This document shows positions 1-10,962 of a stretch of 64,000 nucleotides of DNA, one piece after another. Origin of the DNA: Minutocellus sp. GHC0000111. Lineage: Eukaryota. Made by a program: the position numbers and the translations under genes. Each line of letters begins with the position of its first letter. The stretch's first letter is position 1. A model generated the notes under the pieces. The model ran no database searches and was not told where the DNA came from. It saw nothing but the letters and a program-made list of their open reading frames with translations. Where the stretch lies: NCBI GenBank assembly GCA_977018835.1, contig OZ361257.1, positions 5,456,001 through 5,520,000 on the forward strand, in the 5' to 3' direction.

Positions 1-2693
1 GGAGGGCGGCAATGTGAGCGACCTGGCCTTCGCTGGGCGCACTAGTGGGTACCGAAGGTGGCTTCGGAGCTGCTTCCGCAGGAGCGGGTGCAGGAGCAGG
101 TGCAGACGCAAATGGATCAAGAAAGGGCATCGGGCCCGACGTGCTGTCAAAGCTAGCATCGACAGTAGTATTGACACCTCCACGAAACATGGACGAAGCC
201 AAGGGCTTGGCTTCTGACTTCGTTCCAAATCCAGGCAACTTGTTCTTGCTTTTTCGGCCTCCCCGGGCGCGTGGGCTCTTCCGTGGTGAGGCTCCGATGG
301 AAAAGTCCTGCTTCAAAGATGGGTCGACATTGGCAGCAGCGGCTGCGGCAGCTGCAGCCAAGGCTTCATCTGACGAGCTGGGGCGGCTGGTAGGCGAGGT
401 GCCGGCCATTTCCACGTCCTTCTCCGCCGATGTCTGCGGGGCGACCATACTGGCTCGCTGACCCTTCGACTTGCCTTGCTTACGAGCACCACCATCCTTG
501 CCCTTTGACAGATCCACACTGAATTGAAACGAATTTTGACCAATGCCTCCAATACCCTCACCTACTACCCACGCCAACAGCAGCTGCGGATCCCGCCTCC
601 ACGTTGGCCGCTGGCGAAACCTTTCTTCTCATCTTGCCCTGCTTCGCATTGGTATGAGGGGGCTTTTTCAAGGGTTTGATCTTGGATCCGTTTTCCTGTG
701 GTTGTTGCTCCTCGGGTGTTGCTGGCGGTGGCGGATCGAACGCAAAGCTCGATGGCGCACTGAATGCATTGACCTTCTCGGCGGGGCTGTGGAAGAAGCT
801 CATCTCGGGCAATCCCTGCTCATCCAGGCCGCTATCTAGATCGAAGCTGTCGTCACTGTTCGGGGTTGGAAACGCCGCATCGGGGAAACCATGCTCGTCC
901 GTATTGGACGCCGGAGTAGCCGCCGCTGCTGCAGCTGCTGTCGCGTCCTTGACACCTTGCGCCTCCGTCGCCTTGGCGTTGGCAAAGGCTTCCTTCGCCC
1001 TTGCTTCAGCTGCAGCCGGACCTGTCAGATTGGCGGCTGGAGTGGTGGATGCGCCCTCGTCCGCTTCAGTGGCATCCATATCCACACCCTCGCCCTCGGT
1101 CTCTGTGTTTCCGCGGGCTGCTTTGGCGGCTGCGGCGGCAGCAGCTGGGTCGGGAGAGGAGAATCCCTCCCACATGCCTTTGAGGTTGCTGAACTTGGAC
1201 GCAGTTCCTGGTGTTGCGCTGGCGTCGTTCGCCACCGTCGCCACTGGAGTCGATTGCATGGACGCCGCCTTGGTGGTAGGAGTAGCGTTGGGAGTACTCC
1301 TGCTCGCGGCAGTAGCTGCTGCAGGGACGCCAAATGGCTTGGACTGCTTCGATGCTGGAGTGTTGGTGGTAGAAGATGAGGCAGTACCATCGTTCTTCTT
1401 CTTGCTACTGCCATCCAGACCCAATCTTTGAACCCTGCTGGCAACGATGCCCTCGGGGGATCGTGCATTATTGCTGTTGTTATCCCGAGCAGCTATATCG
1501 GCGTTATCGTCCTCGTCGTCATCAATCTTCATTCTGCCCAAGAACTGAGCCTCCTTGTTGACCTTGGCGGAGCTGCTGGTTGTGGCTGCGGCGGTGGTGG
1601 TATCGGCAGTCTCAAATGCCAAACGAGCAGTTCGGAAGGTCAGTTCCTCAGCCGCGGCGGCAGCGGATGTTGCTGCAGCTCCGGTATCTTCGGCACCGTC
1701 CACGTCGACCCAGGAGCTGTCGGAATCAGCACCAGCGTCTGCCTTCTGCTGGAACTGCTGCTTCTCCTTCCTCGCCGAAGCGGCGGCGTGAGCGGCAGCC
1801 CTGGCGGGACTCATTTCGGCCCTCTTGGATTGATGCGCCTCGTCGTCCTCCATTGTGGTGGAGAACGGAGCCGGTCGCTTCCGGATCTGACATCGCATGA
1901 TGGCCTCGGCCATCTCCCGGATGCATACGTCGTCGAGTTCTCCGTCGAGGTTGAGAGCCCTTGGGAGATCGTTGATGAGATTGTCCATGAGTTTAGGGCC
2001 GTTGGGCAGAGCGTACGGGTCGGTAGTCACGGTAGAGTTAGTGCTGTTACCAGCTGCGGTAGATGTAGCAACACTGGACGGTCCAAAGCGTGTGATGCCA
2101 GTACCAGTAACTGGCGAAGAGGAAGAGCCATTCTCCTTGTCGGATGCCGACGAGCCGAGGGAGGAGTCGGGACTGGGACGGGGAATCTCCAACGTTGCGG
2201 TAGTGGAGGTAGATATGGTCAAACTTTGCAGGAGCTGGCGCATGTTGTACGGAGAGGTGGTGGACGTTGCAACGGTACGAGACTGATGAGTGGCAGAATA
2301 TCCGGCCACGGCGGCGGCGGGGGGAGGTGCAGTGGGAGTGCTACCCGATGGCAGGCCAAAGGGCCGACTGGAAGAGGCCGAATTGTTGAAGGAATTTCCC
2401 GTAGTGGCAGCGCCGGGAGACGACTTTGACGAGGGGCTGGCCAACGGCTGCTGCCGCGCCGAACGAGGGCTGGCGGCGGTATGGCCGATCCGTCCCTGCC
2501 ATTTTTCTCGCCGGTCGCGCCGGCTGCGGTTGGGACTGGCCTTGGCCTTGCCCTTACCGGACGAGCCGGCGCTGGTGCTGATGCCGGTGGAAAAGCCAGC
2601 GCCGCCGGCATTGAAGCGAGGCGGCGTGGTGAGGGTGGCACCGCCCAGTGGCGACGGGGCAGGTGCACCGGACCGAAAGTTGGGCGATTCCAT
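1..2693 (-). CDS. Large low-complexity (Ala/Ser/Pro/Thr-rich) protein; N-terminal part only, runs off the left edge; 1-nt frameshift near 565
   Basis: ORF 558-2759 (first ATG MESPNF at 2693). After ...VGVG a shifted frame stays open to base 1 (VGEGIGGIGQNSFQFSVDLSKGKDGG...EGQVAHIAAL) with the same composition. No recognisable domain in the visible part. Confidence 0.6.
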
Positions 2694-3361
2694 CGTTTGC
2701 TTTGCTTGGAAAGTTGGACTACGACGATATGATTGATTTGAACGGACCGCTCGTGCCAATCAAAGCAAGGGCAGCTTTGTCGAAGTGGGACCTCCTAATC
2801 GATGCAAACTTTAGAGCCTCTCGCTTTCTGATAGCAGTGGAAACGAATCGAATCAAATTGTCCAGTCTGGCACGAGTATCTGATCTGTCAAATAACGTCG
2901 TCGAGCGAGAGGCCAAGAGCAACCAATTCAAATCTCCCTCCAGCAGGACCGGTATCCGGAAAGCAGCACGTCTCGTGCTGGTTTGCGCTGTCCTTGACGA
3001 TTTCAACCACCGACGGGAACTCAGAGCGGCAACTCCAAAAGATACAATCTACCGCCGTGTTTTGGCGATCGCTAATGGTGGTAGTGGTATCTGAAAGCGG
3101 CGGAGCGGTCGAGGCAAGTCAAACATGCATGTGCCTCCCCTCTTTTGGCCGAAAATGAACGACCAGCCAAACCGTCAAAAATGGGTGGGGGAGTCCCCGA
3201 AATTAGAAAATGGAGAAACCCCTATTTCAACAAACAAAAAGCCGTCCGGCATCCATCCATCCATCCAAGCCAAGATGACTCAATCTAACAATGGATCTGT
3301 GTTTTTCCGCATCAATGCTAGTAGTACATGTATTCCTACATCTGGCAAATTGTGGCTTTAT

Positions 3362-4243
3362 TCATTCATTTGCTCCCCTTATCCGTATCCTAAGTGGTAT
3401 TGGATCGACGAAATTGCTCACAATCGGCGGTCGCTTCGGCTTGGTGTTCACCAAAGGGCGACTCAACAATGCATCAACCTTGGCCATATCGTCATCAAAA
3501 ACCTTGGCAAAGACCGTGTGTCCGTGCTCCCACTCTGGGTGCTCGGCCAGTGCAATGAAGAAGTGAGGGCCGCCCTTCCCTCCCGCCCAGGCCACCATGC
3601 CCCTTTCGATTATCGGGTTGTGAGATTCGGCTGGCGGTGGTGCAGGAGAAGAACTACCATCTTCATCCGCCAAGATTGCACCCTGAACCAATGCATAAGG
3701 TGGACCCCACCGCCCGCCATCAAAGTAGCGATCGGGATATTCCTCGGATCCCCAGAAGGATGGAACAGGTTCGCCCCTGTACAATGTGCACTTGTTACAT
3801 TGCTGTTTGGCATCGGACGCCAGATGCTTGACATATCGTGCCGCCTCGGGTGCTTCCTTTTCATACAGTCTCATTCGGATGCCCACAATACTGGTGTATT
3901 TGATTCTATCGTTGGCGTTGTTTTCTTCTCTGTCCTTGTCGTCGAGTTCGAGAGAAAGAATCACCACGTCGTCGCTGTCATTGTTTCTTTTGTTGGACGT
4001 TGCACTTGTGCCGGTATTTACGCTGCCATCGTTTACGCCCCCTCTTATCACGCGCCCACTGCTGCCAGTATTCGACCCATTCTCCGTTGCAAAGTTATTA
4101 TTGGTGTTGGGGGCGCCTGCCTGCAAGAGCAGAACTATGGCACATGCCGTAACAAATATTGTCGTTACTCTGCGAGCAAGCGCCAGGGGCGATGTGTTGC
4201 TTTGCCGACGACCACTACTTATGCCGCTGCGTATCTTGGTCAT
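3362..4243 (-). CDS. Cyclophilin-like (PPIase-fold) protein with N-terminal membrane anchor
   Basis: Motifs LYRGEP and RGMVAWAGGKGGPHFFIALAEHPEWEHGHTVFAKV; hydrophobic segment VTTIFVTACAIVLLL; ATG at 4243. Confidence 0.75.
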   Translation of the reverse strand: MTKIRSGISSGRRQSNTSPLALARRVTTIFVTACAIVLLLQAGAPNTNNNFATENGSNTGSSGRVIRGGVNDGSVNTGTSATSNKRNNDSDDVVILSLELDDKDREENNANDRIKYTSIVGIRMRLYEKEAPEAARYVKHLASDAKQQCNKCTLYRGEPVPSFWGSEEYPDRYFDGGRWGPPYALVQGAILADEDGSSSPAPPPAESHNPIIERGMVAWAGGKGGPHFFIALAEHPEWEHGHTVFAKVFDDDMAKVDALLSRPLVNTKPKRPPIVSNFVDPIPLRIRIRGANE

Positions 4244-4498
4244 GAGACCGGTAATATGATGAACGAGAGGTAGCCCGGGGCGCTCATGCAGCAAATAGTA
4301 CGCATGGACTGGACCCAGTTCCCTCGTCCATGTTGCCGTTTGCTCTCGCTCGCTCGCCTCTGCTCTCGCCGTCTCCCGCGATGAACGTCGTTGCCGGTCG
4401 TATAATACGTACCGTACGTACTGATGGACGACGGACAGAGCGTTTTGGCGCACCCGCGCGCCGCCGCCCGCCCGCACCCCCGCAACCCGCAACGCTCC

Positions 4499-4714
4499 TA
4501 GAGAAAATCAGCCGGGGTTTTCGTCCGTCTGCCGTACGTAAGCAGATACGTCAGTGGCAACGGCTGAAATGGCCCATCTTGTGAAGTATCGTTGCAACGG
4601 TATCCTCTGAGGACCGTTAGCTAAGTTATAGGGCTAGTTAGCCAAGTACAGTTGTATATCGATAGATCTATCAGCTCCGACTGATAGCATTACGCCGCCG
4701 GCGAAGTTTCTGTA
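4499..4714 (+). repeat. 5' LTR
   Basis: TAGAGAAAATCAGCC...GAAGTTTCTGTA, direct repeat of 10747-10962. Confidence 0.95.
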
Positions 4715-5194
4715 GTTCATCAGCCCATAGTCTCTCTACCGGAGCATAAGATGTGCGTATCTTGTCGTTTTCGTCGATCGTTTTCGAATTGTCATTGCCG
4801 TTGCTTTTTGTGATGTGCCGATGTTGAGGCGCATCTGTATGGCCGCAATTTGATGTGCGGGATACAAATCGAGTATTGCATCACCGTTGCCAGAGTGCAC
4901 GGCTCGCCGGAGGGCGAGAGAAAGATACTTGCCGCCCATCGTGCCTGATCAGCCGATGTCGACGAAAAGTGGCACATAATGTGCGTCGTCGAGCGGGATA
5001 TAAATACAGCGACCATTGATTGTCAATGAGTAGGCTCAAGAGAGGACACAGGGATGCCAGTGAGCACCTGTTGTCGAGAAAGTAGCGCTGCCAGGTGGCA
5101 AGGCCACGCAGTCGCGATGCACGCTCATATCAATCTCACAAACCTTGCTTGCATATGTTTTCCTACTTTCATTATTTTGTTTCCACGCCAGACA

Positions 5195-6039
5195 ATGGTT
5201 GAGGCCAACACCATCCGAGGTTGCCTCCAGACGTTCGGTATGGACGATGCCATCACGCGCACGTTCGTAACCGGACCGATGGTAGGGCTCAGTACCGCCC
5301 TGGCATTCATCGAGATGAGCGACGACTCGCTCAAGGAGGTGATGAAGCAGGTCGCCGAAGCGTCCAGAGATGCAGCGTTCGGTGCTGCACCACCGGCAGG
5401 AGGCGGTGCACCTCCATTCGTCGCCGTGGCGAATCGTCCCAAGCCCAAGACGCAATCTTGACACAGGGCATGCAGAGCGTTAGGACCGACTTCAACGGTA
5501 AGCGCCTTAACTTCGAGGCCGCAGTCAAGTTCCTCAAGGAATTCCTCCCCAAGACCACCGATCCGGCCAGGCAGATCAAGGCTCTCGACGTTGAAGGTAT
5601 GCCATCCGCCGGTGATGAGGAAGGACAGTCGCTCAACAGGGAGGAACGACGAGCCCAATGCGAGAAGGTCCCGTGGAACGTATGGGACACCTACTCCGAT
5701 GCCAAGCAGACGCGCATCCGCGCCGACCGTGATTACTTCGGTATCACTACCGGTGGTGGCAAGAAGAACGGGAAGAAAAAGGGTGGAGGTGGCCGACGTG
5801 GTGGCCGTGGTGGCGGCCGCGGCACTCCTGGTGGTGGCCGTGATGGTCCGAACCCAGGCCGCGGTGGAGGCGGCCGTAAGATCAAAGAGCTACGGTCACA
5901 TATGACTGAAATGCAGGCTCAGATCGCCGCCCTCAAGAAATCGTCAGAAAGAGGCGGCGGCGGTGACGATGCCAAGGACGACGATGATGATATGGATCCA
6001 GCCGACAGCATCAGGGGAGGAAAGAAGGCCAAGAATTGA
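5195..6039 (+). pseudogene. gag: Retrotransposon gag, frameshifted and apparently internally deleted
   Basis: N-terminal part 5195-5461 (MVEANTIRG...). C-terminal part lies in the -1 frame (QDAILTQGMQSVRTDFNGKRLNFEAAVKFL, RGG-rich basic tail, TGA 6037-6039). Only about 280 codons in total. Confidence 0.7.
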
Positions 6040-6087
6040 CTCCTCGGGGGAGACAATAGTAGTAATGCTGTCGTTGTCCCCCAGGAG
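6037..6087 (+). promoter_or_regulatory. Candidate stop-codon readthrough signal (UGA-C plus stem-loop)
   Basis: TGA followed by CTCCTCGGGGGAGACAATAGTA-GTAA-TGCTGTCGTTGTCCCCCAGGAG, an imperfect hairpin; the downstream pol frame equals the gag frame. Confidence 0.65.
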
Positions 6088-9000
6088 CAGTCTCGTCGTA
6101 CCATCAAGGGCTTGAAGTCAGGCCCGAGGGTATCGTCGGGGCTCTCCGGTGGCGCTGGCATGAATAGGAGGATGGTGGCTGCAATGTCAAGGCAGCCGGA
6201 GGTGACAGTAGGTGTCTTCGAGGAGGATAGCCATGCCGATACGTGCTTGCTATGCGATGGATGGCGTGTTCTAGTCGAGCACGACTATAAGTGCACGGTC
6301 TCAGGCTTTAGCGAGTCGCTGGGATCTTTGTCCCTTCCGGTAGTTGATGCCGTTGCCAAGGTGACGACGACGGATGATCGCGAGATCCTGCTGAGGGTCA
6401 ACCAAGCTTTATATAAGCCGGGAGCGTCGCAGTCGTTAATGTCCACGCCTCAAGTCCGAGACTCAGGCACGAGGGTGGATACGACGTGGGTTCAACATGA
6501 CGAGACCTCAAACTTCGGTGTAGTGCTGGAGAGCGAGGAGTACGGTCGTCTAGTAGTCCCCTTTACCCTCAATGGCGTGTCGTCGGGATTTAGTATCAGT
6601 TCGCCCGATGACGACGAGCTTGATCGGCTGCCGATCTTTGAGATCACCAGTAGTTTACACTGGGATCCCAACAGTGACAGTCATGCCAAGGCCGAGGCTC
6701 GTAGCCAGAAGCGGCGTGATTTTGAGGCTCATGATCGTGTAATGCTGTCGTCGAGGCAGAATCGGCGCCTGAATCCAAATCGCCGCATCAACCTGTCAGC
6801 AGTATGGACGAGGCCGACGGATTCGAGGCTGGTTTCGGCGATAGATCCTGCCGATGATACCGCCAGCGAGACCGAGACCGAGGATGATTCGAGTGTCGGA
6901 TCAGGCAGTAGTGGCAGTAGCGAGGAGACCGGGGAGAGGCGACGTATCTCAACCCTGTCGTCGGGAATGAGAAAGGCCAAGTCTCTCACCCGCAAGCTCA
7001 AGGCTCTTCGTATTTCCAAGATCAAGGCCACCAAGGAATCCATCAAGACCGACCGGCAGCTCGGCGCCTTCCAAGCCAAGTCGCCCAAGCCCAAGATCAC
7101 TCCCGAGCAGCTCGCCAAAAAGTGGGGATGTTCCATCGAACGTGCCAAGGGTACTCTTGAGGCAACTACTCAACGAGCCTACCGAGATTTGACGAGGCCC
7201 TTCACTCAGCGGCTCCGCACTCGCCAAGCTACGTCCCGTCGACGTCGTTTCAGGGGTACATTGTACACTGATACGATGCACTCCGGTGTCAAATCGATGA
7301 GGGGCAACAGGTGTGGCCAGCTCTTCGTTACCGACTTCCATGACGTCCAATTTTACCCCCTCAAGTCCAAGAGTCTAGCCTTCGAGGCTCTCTCCCAGTA
7401 CTTCATCAACAGTGGAGTACCGGAGCACCTTCACAGCGACGGTGCGAAGGAGATGACGGAAAAGAAGGAGTGGCAGAAGGTTCTTCGTGATGAAGGTGGC
7501 ATCAAGGCTACCATCGTCGAGCCGCATTCTCCATTCCAGAATCGCGCTGAGCGTGAGATTCGCCAGCTGCAGTCATACTCCCTCCGCCAATTGAGATCAG
7601 CGGGAGCTCCGCTTACCTTTTGGGATGATTCCATGGAGTACCATGCCAACGTTCGTTCCCTCATGGCTAGACCAGGCGACGTTCGACTCGAGGGGAGAGT
7701 GCCCAGAGAATTTATCGAATCGAACACGCCGGACATCTCCGAGTATGTCCAGTTCAAGTGGTATCAGCCAGTATGGTATTGGGAGCAAGGCTCCAATCCC
7801 AAGAAGGGTGAACATCTAGGCCGGTTTGCCGGTATTGCCCATTCTGTTGGCCAGGCCATGTGCTTTCGAGTGATTCCGATGCAGAGTAAGAATCCATTGG
7901 CTCGTTTCCAGTATCTGTCAAGGTCCACAGTGCGTGCGCCGACGCCAGAGGAGCTAGCCAAGGAGACCTTCCAGGCCCAGCTGAGTAGGCTGGATGAGTC
8001 GATCCACCGAAAGGCTGGTGATCCAGTGACCGATGCCGAGATCGAGAAGTATGAGGCAGAGTTGATGCCGTACGAGGATACTGTCTTCTCTGAGAAGGAG
8101 CCAGCTTGTCCAGAGGCGGCGATGCCGGACCAAGACGATGAGCCAACGCCCGAGGAGACTGACGAGTATGTCAACGTGCAGGCCCTACTTCCAAAGGGTG
8201 ATGGGTACCAACGTGCCCACATCAAGTGGAGGAAGCGCAATGCCGACGGTGAGGTGCTTGGCCAGCGTCATTCCAACCCCATCCTCGACACCAGGATGTA
8301 CGAGGCCGAATTTGCTGACGGTAGTGTCGTCGAAGTTGCCGCTAATACGGTAGCAGCGTCGCTCCTCGACAACTGTGATGACGAGGGTAACGAGACCTTA
8401 TTTCTGAAGGAGATTCTGGATCACCGTAGGGATGAGACAGCTGTCCGGAAGGAGGACGGGTGGATCCGCCGCAAGGCCCACCGCCCCAGCGAGCGTCGCA
8501 GGACGACCAAGGGCTGGTCTTTCCTAATTGAGTGGAAGGACGCCCATCAGTCTTGGGAGAAGCTGTCGGATCTGAAGGAGTCCCTTCCGGTGGAGATAGC
8601 CGAGTATGCCGTGGGCAATGGCATCATCGACGAGCCTGCCTTTGCGTGGTGGGCTCCCCGGTACCTCCAAGAGAAGCGCCGAATCCTCAAGAAGATCAAG
8701 TCAAGGTACTGGAAGCGGACGCATAAGTACGGCGTCGAGGTCCCCAAGACCGTAGCTGAGGCCTATCAGCTCGACCGTAAGAATGGCAACAACCTTTGGC
8801 GAGAGGCCATCGAGAAGGAGATGAAGAACAATAAGGTTGCCTTCGAGATTTTGGCCGACGGGGAGAAAGCACCCCGAGGCTATAAGTGGATTGAAGCCCA
8901 CATGATCTTCGACGTCAAGATGGACGGAGCTTTCACTCGCAAGGCTCGGTATGTGGCCAACGGCAACATGGTCGATGCCCCCTCGTCAATGACGTATGCT

Positions 9001-10503
9001 TCCGTCGTCTCAAGAGACAGCGTTCGTATCGCCCTGACCCTGGCAGCTTTGAACGATTTGGACGTATCGTGTGCTGACGTCCAGAACGCGTACCTCAACG
9101 CCAAGCCCAAGGAGTCGGTGTACATCATCGCCGGCGACGAGTTTGGTCAGTACAAGGGCCGAGTGGTCCTCATTGTCAGGAGCCTTTATGGACTCAAGGG
9201 TAGCGGAGCAGCATGGGCCGCAGCCCTTCGGCAGGTGATGAGGGACATGGGTTTCCTACCCTGCAAGGCCGACGGTGATGTCTGGATGCGCGCCGCTGTT
9301 GATCCTACCAAGGTTGGAGCTACCGACGAGGACGGCAACCCTTCCGGGGAGCGGTACTATGAGTATGTTCTCATTCACACCGATGATTTGATGGTGATCA
9401 GTCGCCGGTGTGGCTCCATTATGGAAGCAATCGGCCAGGTCTACAAGTTGAAGGAGGACATAAAGACCGGCAAGTGCTACGGACCGCCCGACATCTACCT
9501 CGGATCGAAGATCGCCAAGTACCGTGATCCCAACGATCCCGAGGGCAAGGAGTATTGGAGCACGTCCGGCGATGATTACGTTGCCAACTTCGTCGCCGAC
9601 GTCAAGGTCAAGCTCGAGCAGGCTGGTCGGATGCTGAACGCCAATCAGAGGTCCCCTCTTACCATCGGTTACCGCCCGGAGATGGATGCTACGCCCGAGT
9701 TGAAAGACGATCAGATCAACTATTTCCAGGAGATTATTGGTTGTCTGCGCTGGGCTATTGAGCTCGGCCGAGCCGACATCGCTACCGAGGTGTCTCTTCT
9801 GTCGAGACATTTGGCCCTACCCCGTCAGGGTCACCTTGACGAGGCCCTCAACATCGTTGCCTACCTCGACAAGATCAAGAATTCCAAGCTCGTGATGAAG
9901 TCGGCGCCGATGGGCTTCCTCAAGGACGAGAGGCTCAGCAGCAGGTTCACCAAGGATGCCGACTGGTTCGAGTTCTACGGTGACGTTAAGGAGGAGGTAC
10001 CGAGCGATGCCCCTACCCCGCTCGGTAAGCCCGTTGAGATCAACGCATGGGTCGATGCCGACCACGCAGGTGACCGTCTCACCCGCCGCAGCCATACCGG
10101 AATCCTGATCTTCGTCCAATCAGCTCCGATCTTCTGGCATTCCAAGCGTCAGGCTACCATCGAGTCTTCTACCTTCGGTTCCGAGATTGTTGGGATGAGG
10201 ACCTGCCTCGAGTTCGTCAAGGATCTGCGCTATAAGTTGCGCATGATGGGCGTACCGCTCGACGGGCCAGCCGTCGTATGGTGCGACAACAAGTCCGTCG
10301 CCAACGGAGCTTCGGTGCCGGAGGCCAAGCTCAACAAGAAGCACCTCGGTATCTGCTACCATGCCGTCCGTGAGGCTTCAGCTGCCAAGATTTGGATGGT
10401 GGGGTTTACCCGCGGCAAGTTCAACATCGCCGACATGTTGACCAAGATTCTGTCGGGCGTCAAGAAGGATGCCCAAGCGGAGAAGTGGATGTACCGTAGG
10501 TGA
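6040..10503 (+). CDS. pol: Copia Pol polyprotein (aspartic protease, integrase, chromo-like segment, reverse transcriptase, RNase H)
   Basis: EDSHADT (PR); YTDT...HSDGAKE...QNRAERE (IN DDE); FDVKMD..RKARYVANG, DVQNAYLN, HTDD (RT); VDADHAGD..RRSHTG, CDNKSV, NIADMLTK (RH). Frame uninterrupted from 6040. Confidence 0.96.
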   Translation, partial: LLGGDNSSNAVVVPQEQSRRTIKGLKSGPRVSSGLSGGAGMNRRMVAAMSRQPEVTVGVFEEDSHADTCLLCDGWRVLVEHDYKCTVSGFSESLGSLSLPVVDAVAKVTTTDDREILLRVNQALYKPGASQSLMSTPQVRDSGTRVDTTWVQHDETSNFGVVLESEEYGRLVVPFTLNGVSSGFSISSPDDDELDRLPIFEITSSLHWDPNSDSHAKAEARSQKRRDFEAHDRVMLSSRQNRRLNPNRRINLSAVWTRPTDSRLVSAIDPADDTASETETEDDSSVGSGSSGSSEETGERRRISTLSSGMRKAKSLTRKLKALRISKIKATKESIKTDRQLGAFQAKSPKPKITPEQLAKKWGCSIERAKGTLEATTQRAYRDLTRPFTQRLRTRQATSRRRRFRGTLYTDTMHSGVKSMRGNRCGQLFVTDFHDVQFYPLKSKSLAFEALSQYFINSGVPEHLHSDGAKEMTEKKEWQKVLRDEGGIKATIVEPHSPFQNRAEREIRQLQSYSLRQLRSAGAPLTFWDDSMEYHANVRSLMARPGDVRLEGRVPREFIESNTPDISEYVQFKWYQPVWYWEQGSNPKKGEHLGRFAGIAHSVGQAMCFRVIPMQSKNPLARFQYLSRSTVRAPTPEELAKETFQAQLSRLDESIHRKAGDPVTDAEIEKYEAELMPYEDTVFSEKEPACPEAAMPDQDDEPTPEETDEYVNVQALLPKGDGYQRAHIKWRKRNADGEVLGQRHSNPILDTRMYEAEFADGSVVEVAANTVAASLLDNCDDEGNETLFLKEILDHRRDETAVRKEDGWIRRKAHRPSERRRTTKGWSFLIEWKDAHQSWEKLSDLKESLPVEIAEYAVGNGIIDEPAFAWWAPRYLQEKRRILKKIKSRYWKRTHKYGVEVPKTVAEAYQLDRKNGNNLWREAIEKEMKNNKVAFEILADGEKAPRGYKWIEAHMIFDVKMDGAFTRKARYVANGNMVDAPSSMTYASVVSRDSVRIALTLAALNDLDVSCADVQNAYLNAKPKESVYIIAGDEFGQYKGRVVLIVRSLYGLKGSGAAWAAALRQVMRDMGFLPCKADGDVWMRAAVDPTKVGATDEDGNPSGERYYEYVLIHTDDLMVISRRCGSIMEAIGQVYKLKEDIKTGKCYGPPDIYLGSKIAKYRDPNDPEGKEYWSTSGDDYVANFVADVKVKLEQAGRMLNANQRSPLTIGYRPEMDATPELKDDQINYFQEIIGCLRWAIELGRADIATEVSLLSRHLALPRQGHLDEALNIVAYLDKIKNSKLVMKSAPMGFLKDERLSSRFTKDADWFEFYGDVKEEVPSDAPTPLGKPVEINAWVDADHAGDRLTRRSHTGILIFVQSAPIFWHSKRQATIESSTFGSEIVGMRTCLEFVKDLRYKLRMMGVPLDGPAVVWCDNKSVANGASVPEAKLNKKHLGICYHAVREASAAKIWMVGFTRGKFNIADMLTKILSGVKKDAQAEKWMYRR

Positions 10504-10738
10504 GCTGGACGTACCGGTGTGGATGTACCCAGCCAGTGCCGGAGCCTCAAGGAGGTCCGGGCCCACAGTGAGATTAGATCCAACTTGGTTGGAGTCTCAG
10601 GGCGCTGGGGAAGCACATGCGGGAAGCAGCTTGCGCGGGAAGCACTTCGGTTTATACTTTTATATGTTTTGAAATTTGATTCTATTGATTTAATGAAATG
10701 AAGCTGATCCCAAGGCTAGATCTAACAGTAGTCGATCT

Positions 10739-10746
10739 AGGGGGAG
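10739..10746 (+). promoter_or_regulatory. Polypurine tract
   Basis: AGGGGGAG directly abutting the 3' LTR. Confidence 0.85.
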
Positions 10747-10962
10747 TAGAGAAAATCAGCCGGGGTTTTCGTCCGTCTGCCGTACGTAAGCAGATACGTC
10801 AGTGGCAACGGCTGAAATGGCCCATCTTGTGAAGTATCGTTGCAACGGTATCCTCTGAGGACCGTTAGCTAAGTTATAGGGCTAGTTAGCCAAGTACAAT
10901 TGTATATCGATAGATCTATCAGCTCCGACTGATAGCATTACGCCGCCGGCGAAGTTTCTTTA
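10747..10962 (+). repeat. 3' LTR
   Basis: TAGAGAAAATCAGCC...GAAGTTTCTTTA, direct repeat of 4499-4714. Confidence 0.95.

Larger units (their letters stand above)
4499..10962 (+). mobile_element. Ty1/copia LTR retrotransposon (diatom CoDi-like)
   Basis: Two 216-bp LTRs with 2 visible mismatches; CTCC on both flanks (4495-4498, 10963-10966); polypurine tract; PR-IN-RT-RH domain order. Confidence 0.97.

Noticed and set aside
1..2693. FG-nucleoporin assignment for the first gene
   Set aside because: Only a few scattered FG dipeptides; any diagnostic domain would lie outside the window.
676..2736. Long plus-strand ORFs opposite the first gene (and similar antisense ORFs opposite pol, SLC4 and the acidic protein)
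   Set aside because: They are shadow frames of GC3-rich coding sequence with no independent motifs.
5430..5465. Programmed -1 frameshift within gag
   Set aside because: There is no slippery heptamer, and the missing capsid region is better explained by a deletion.
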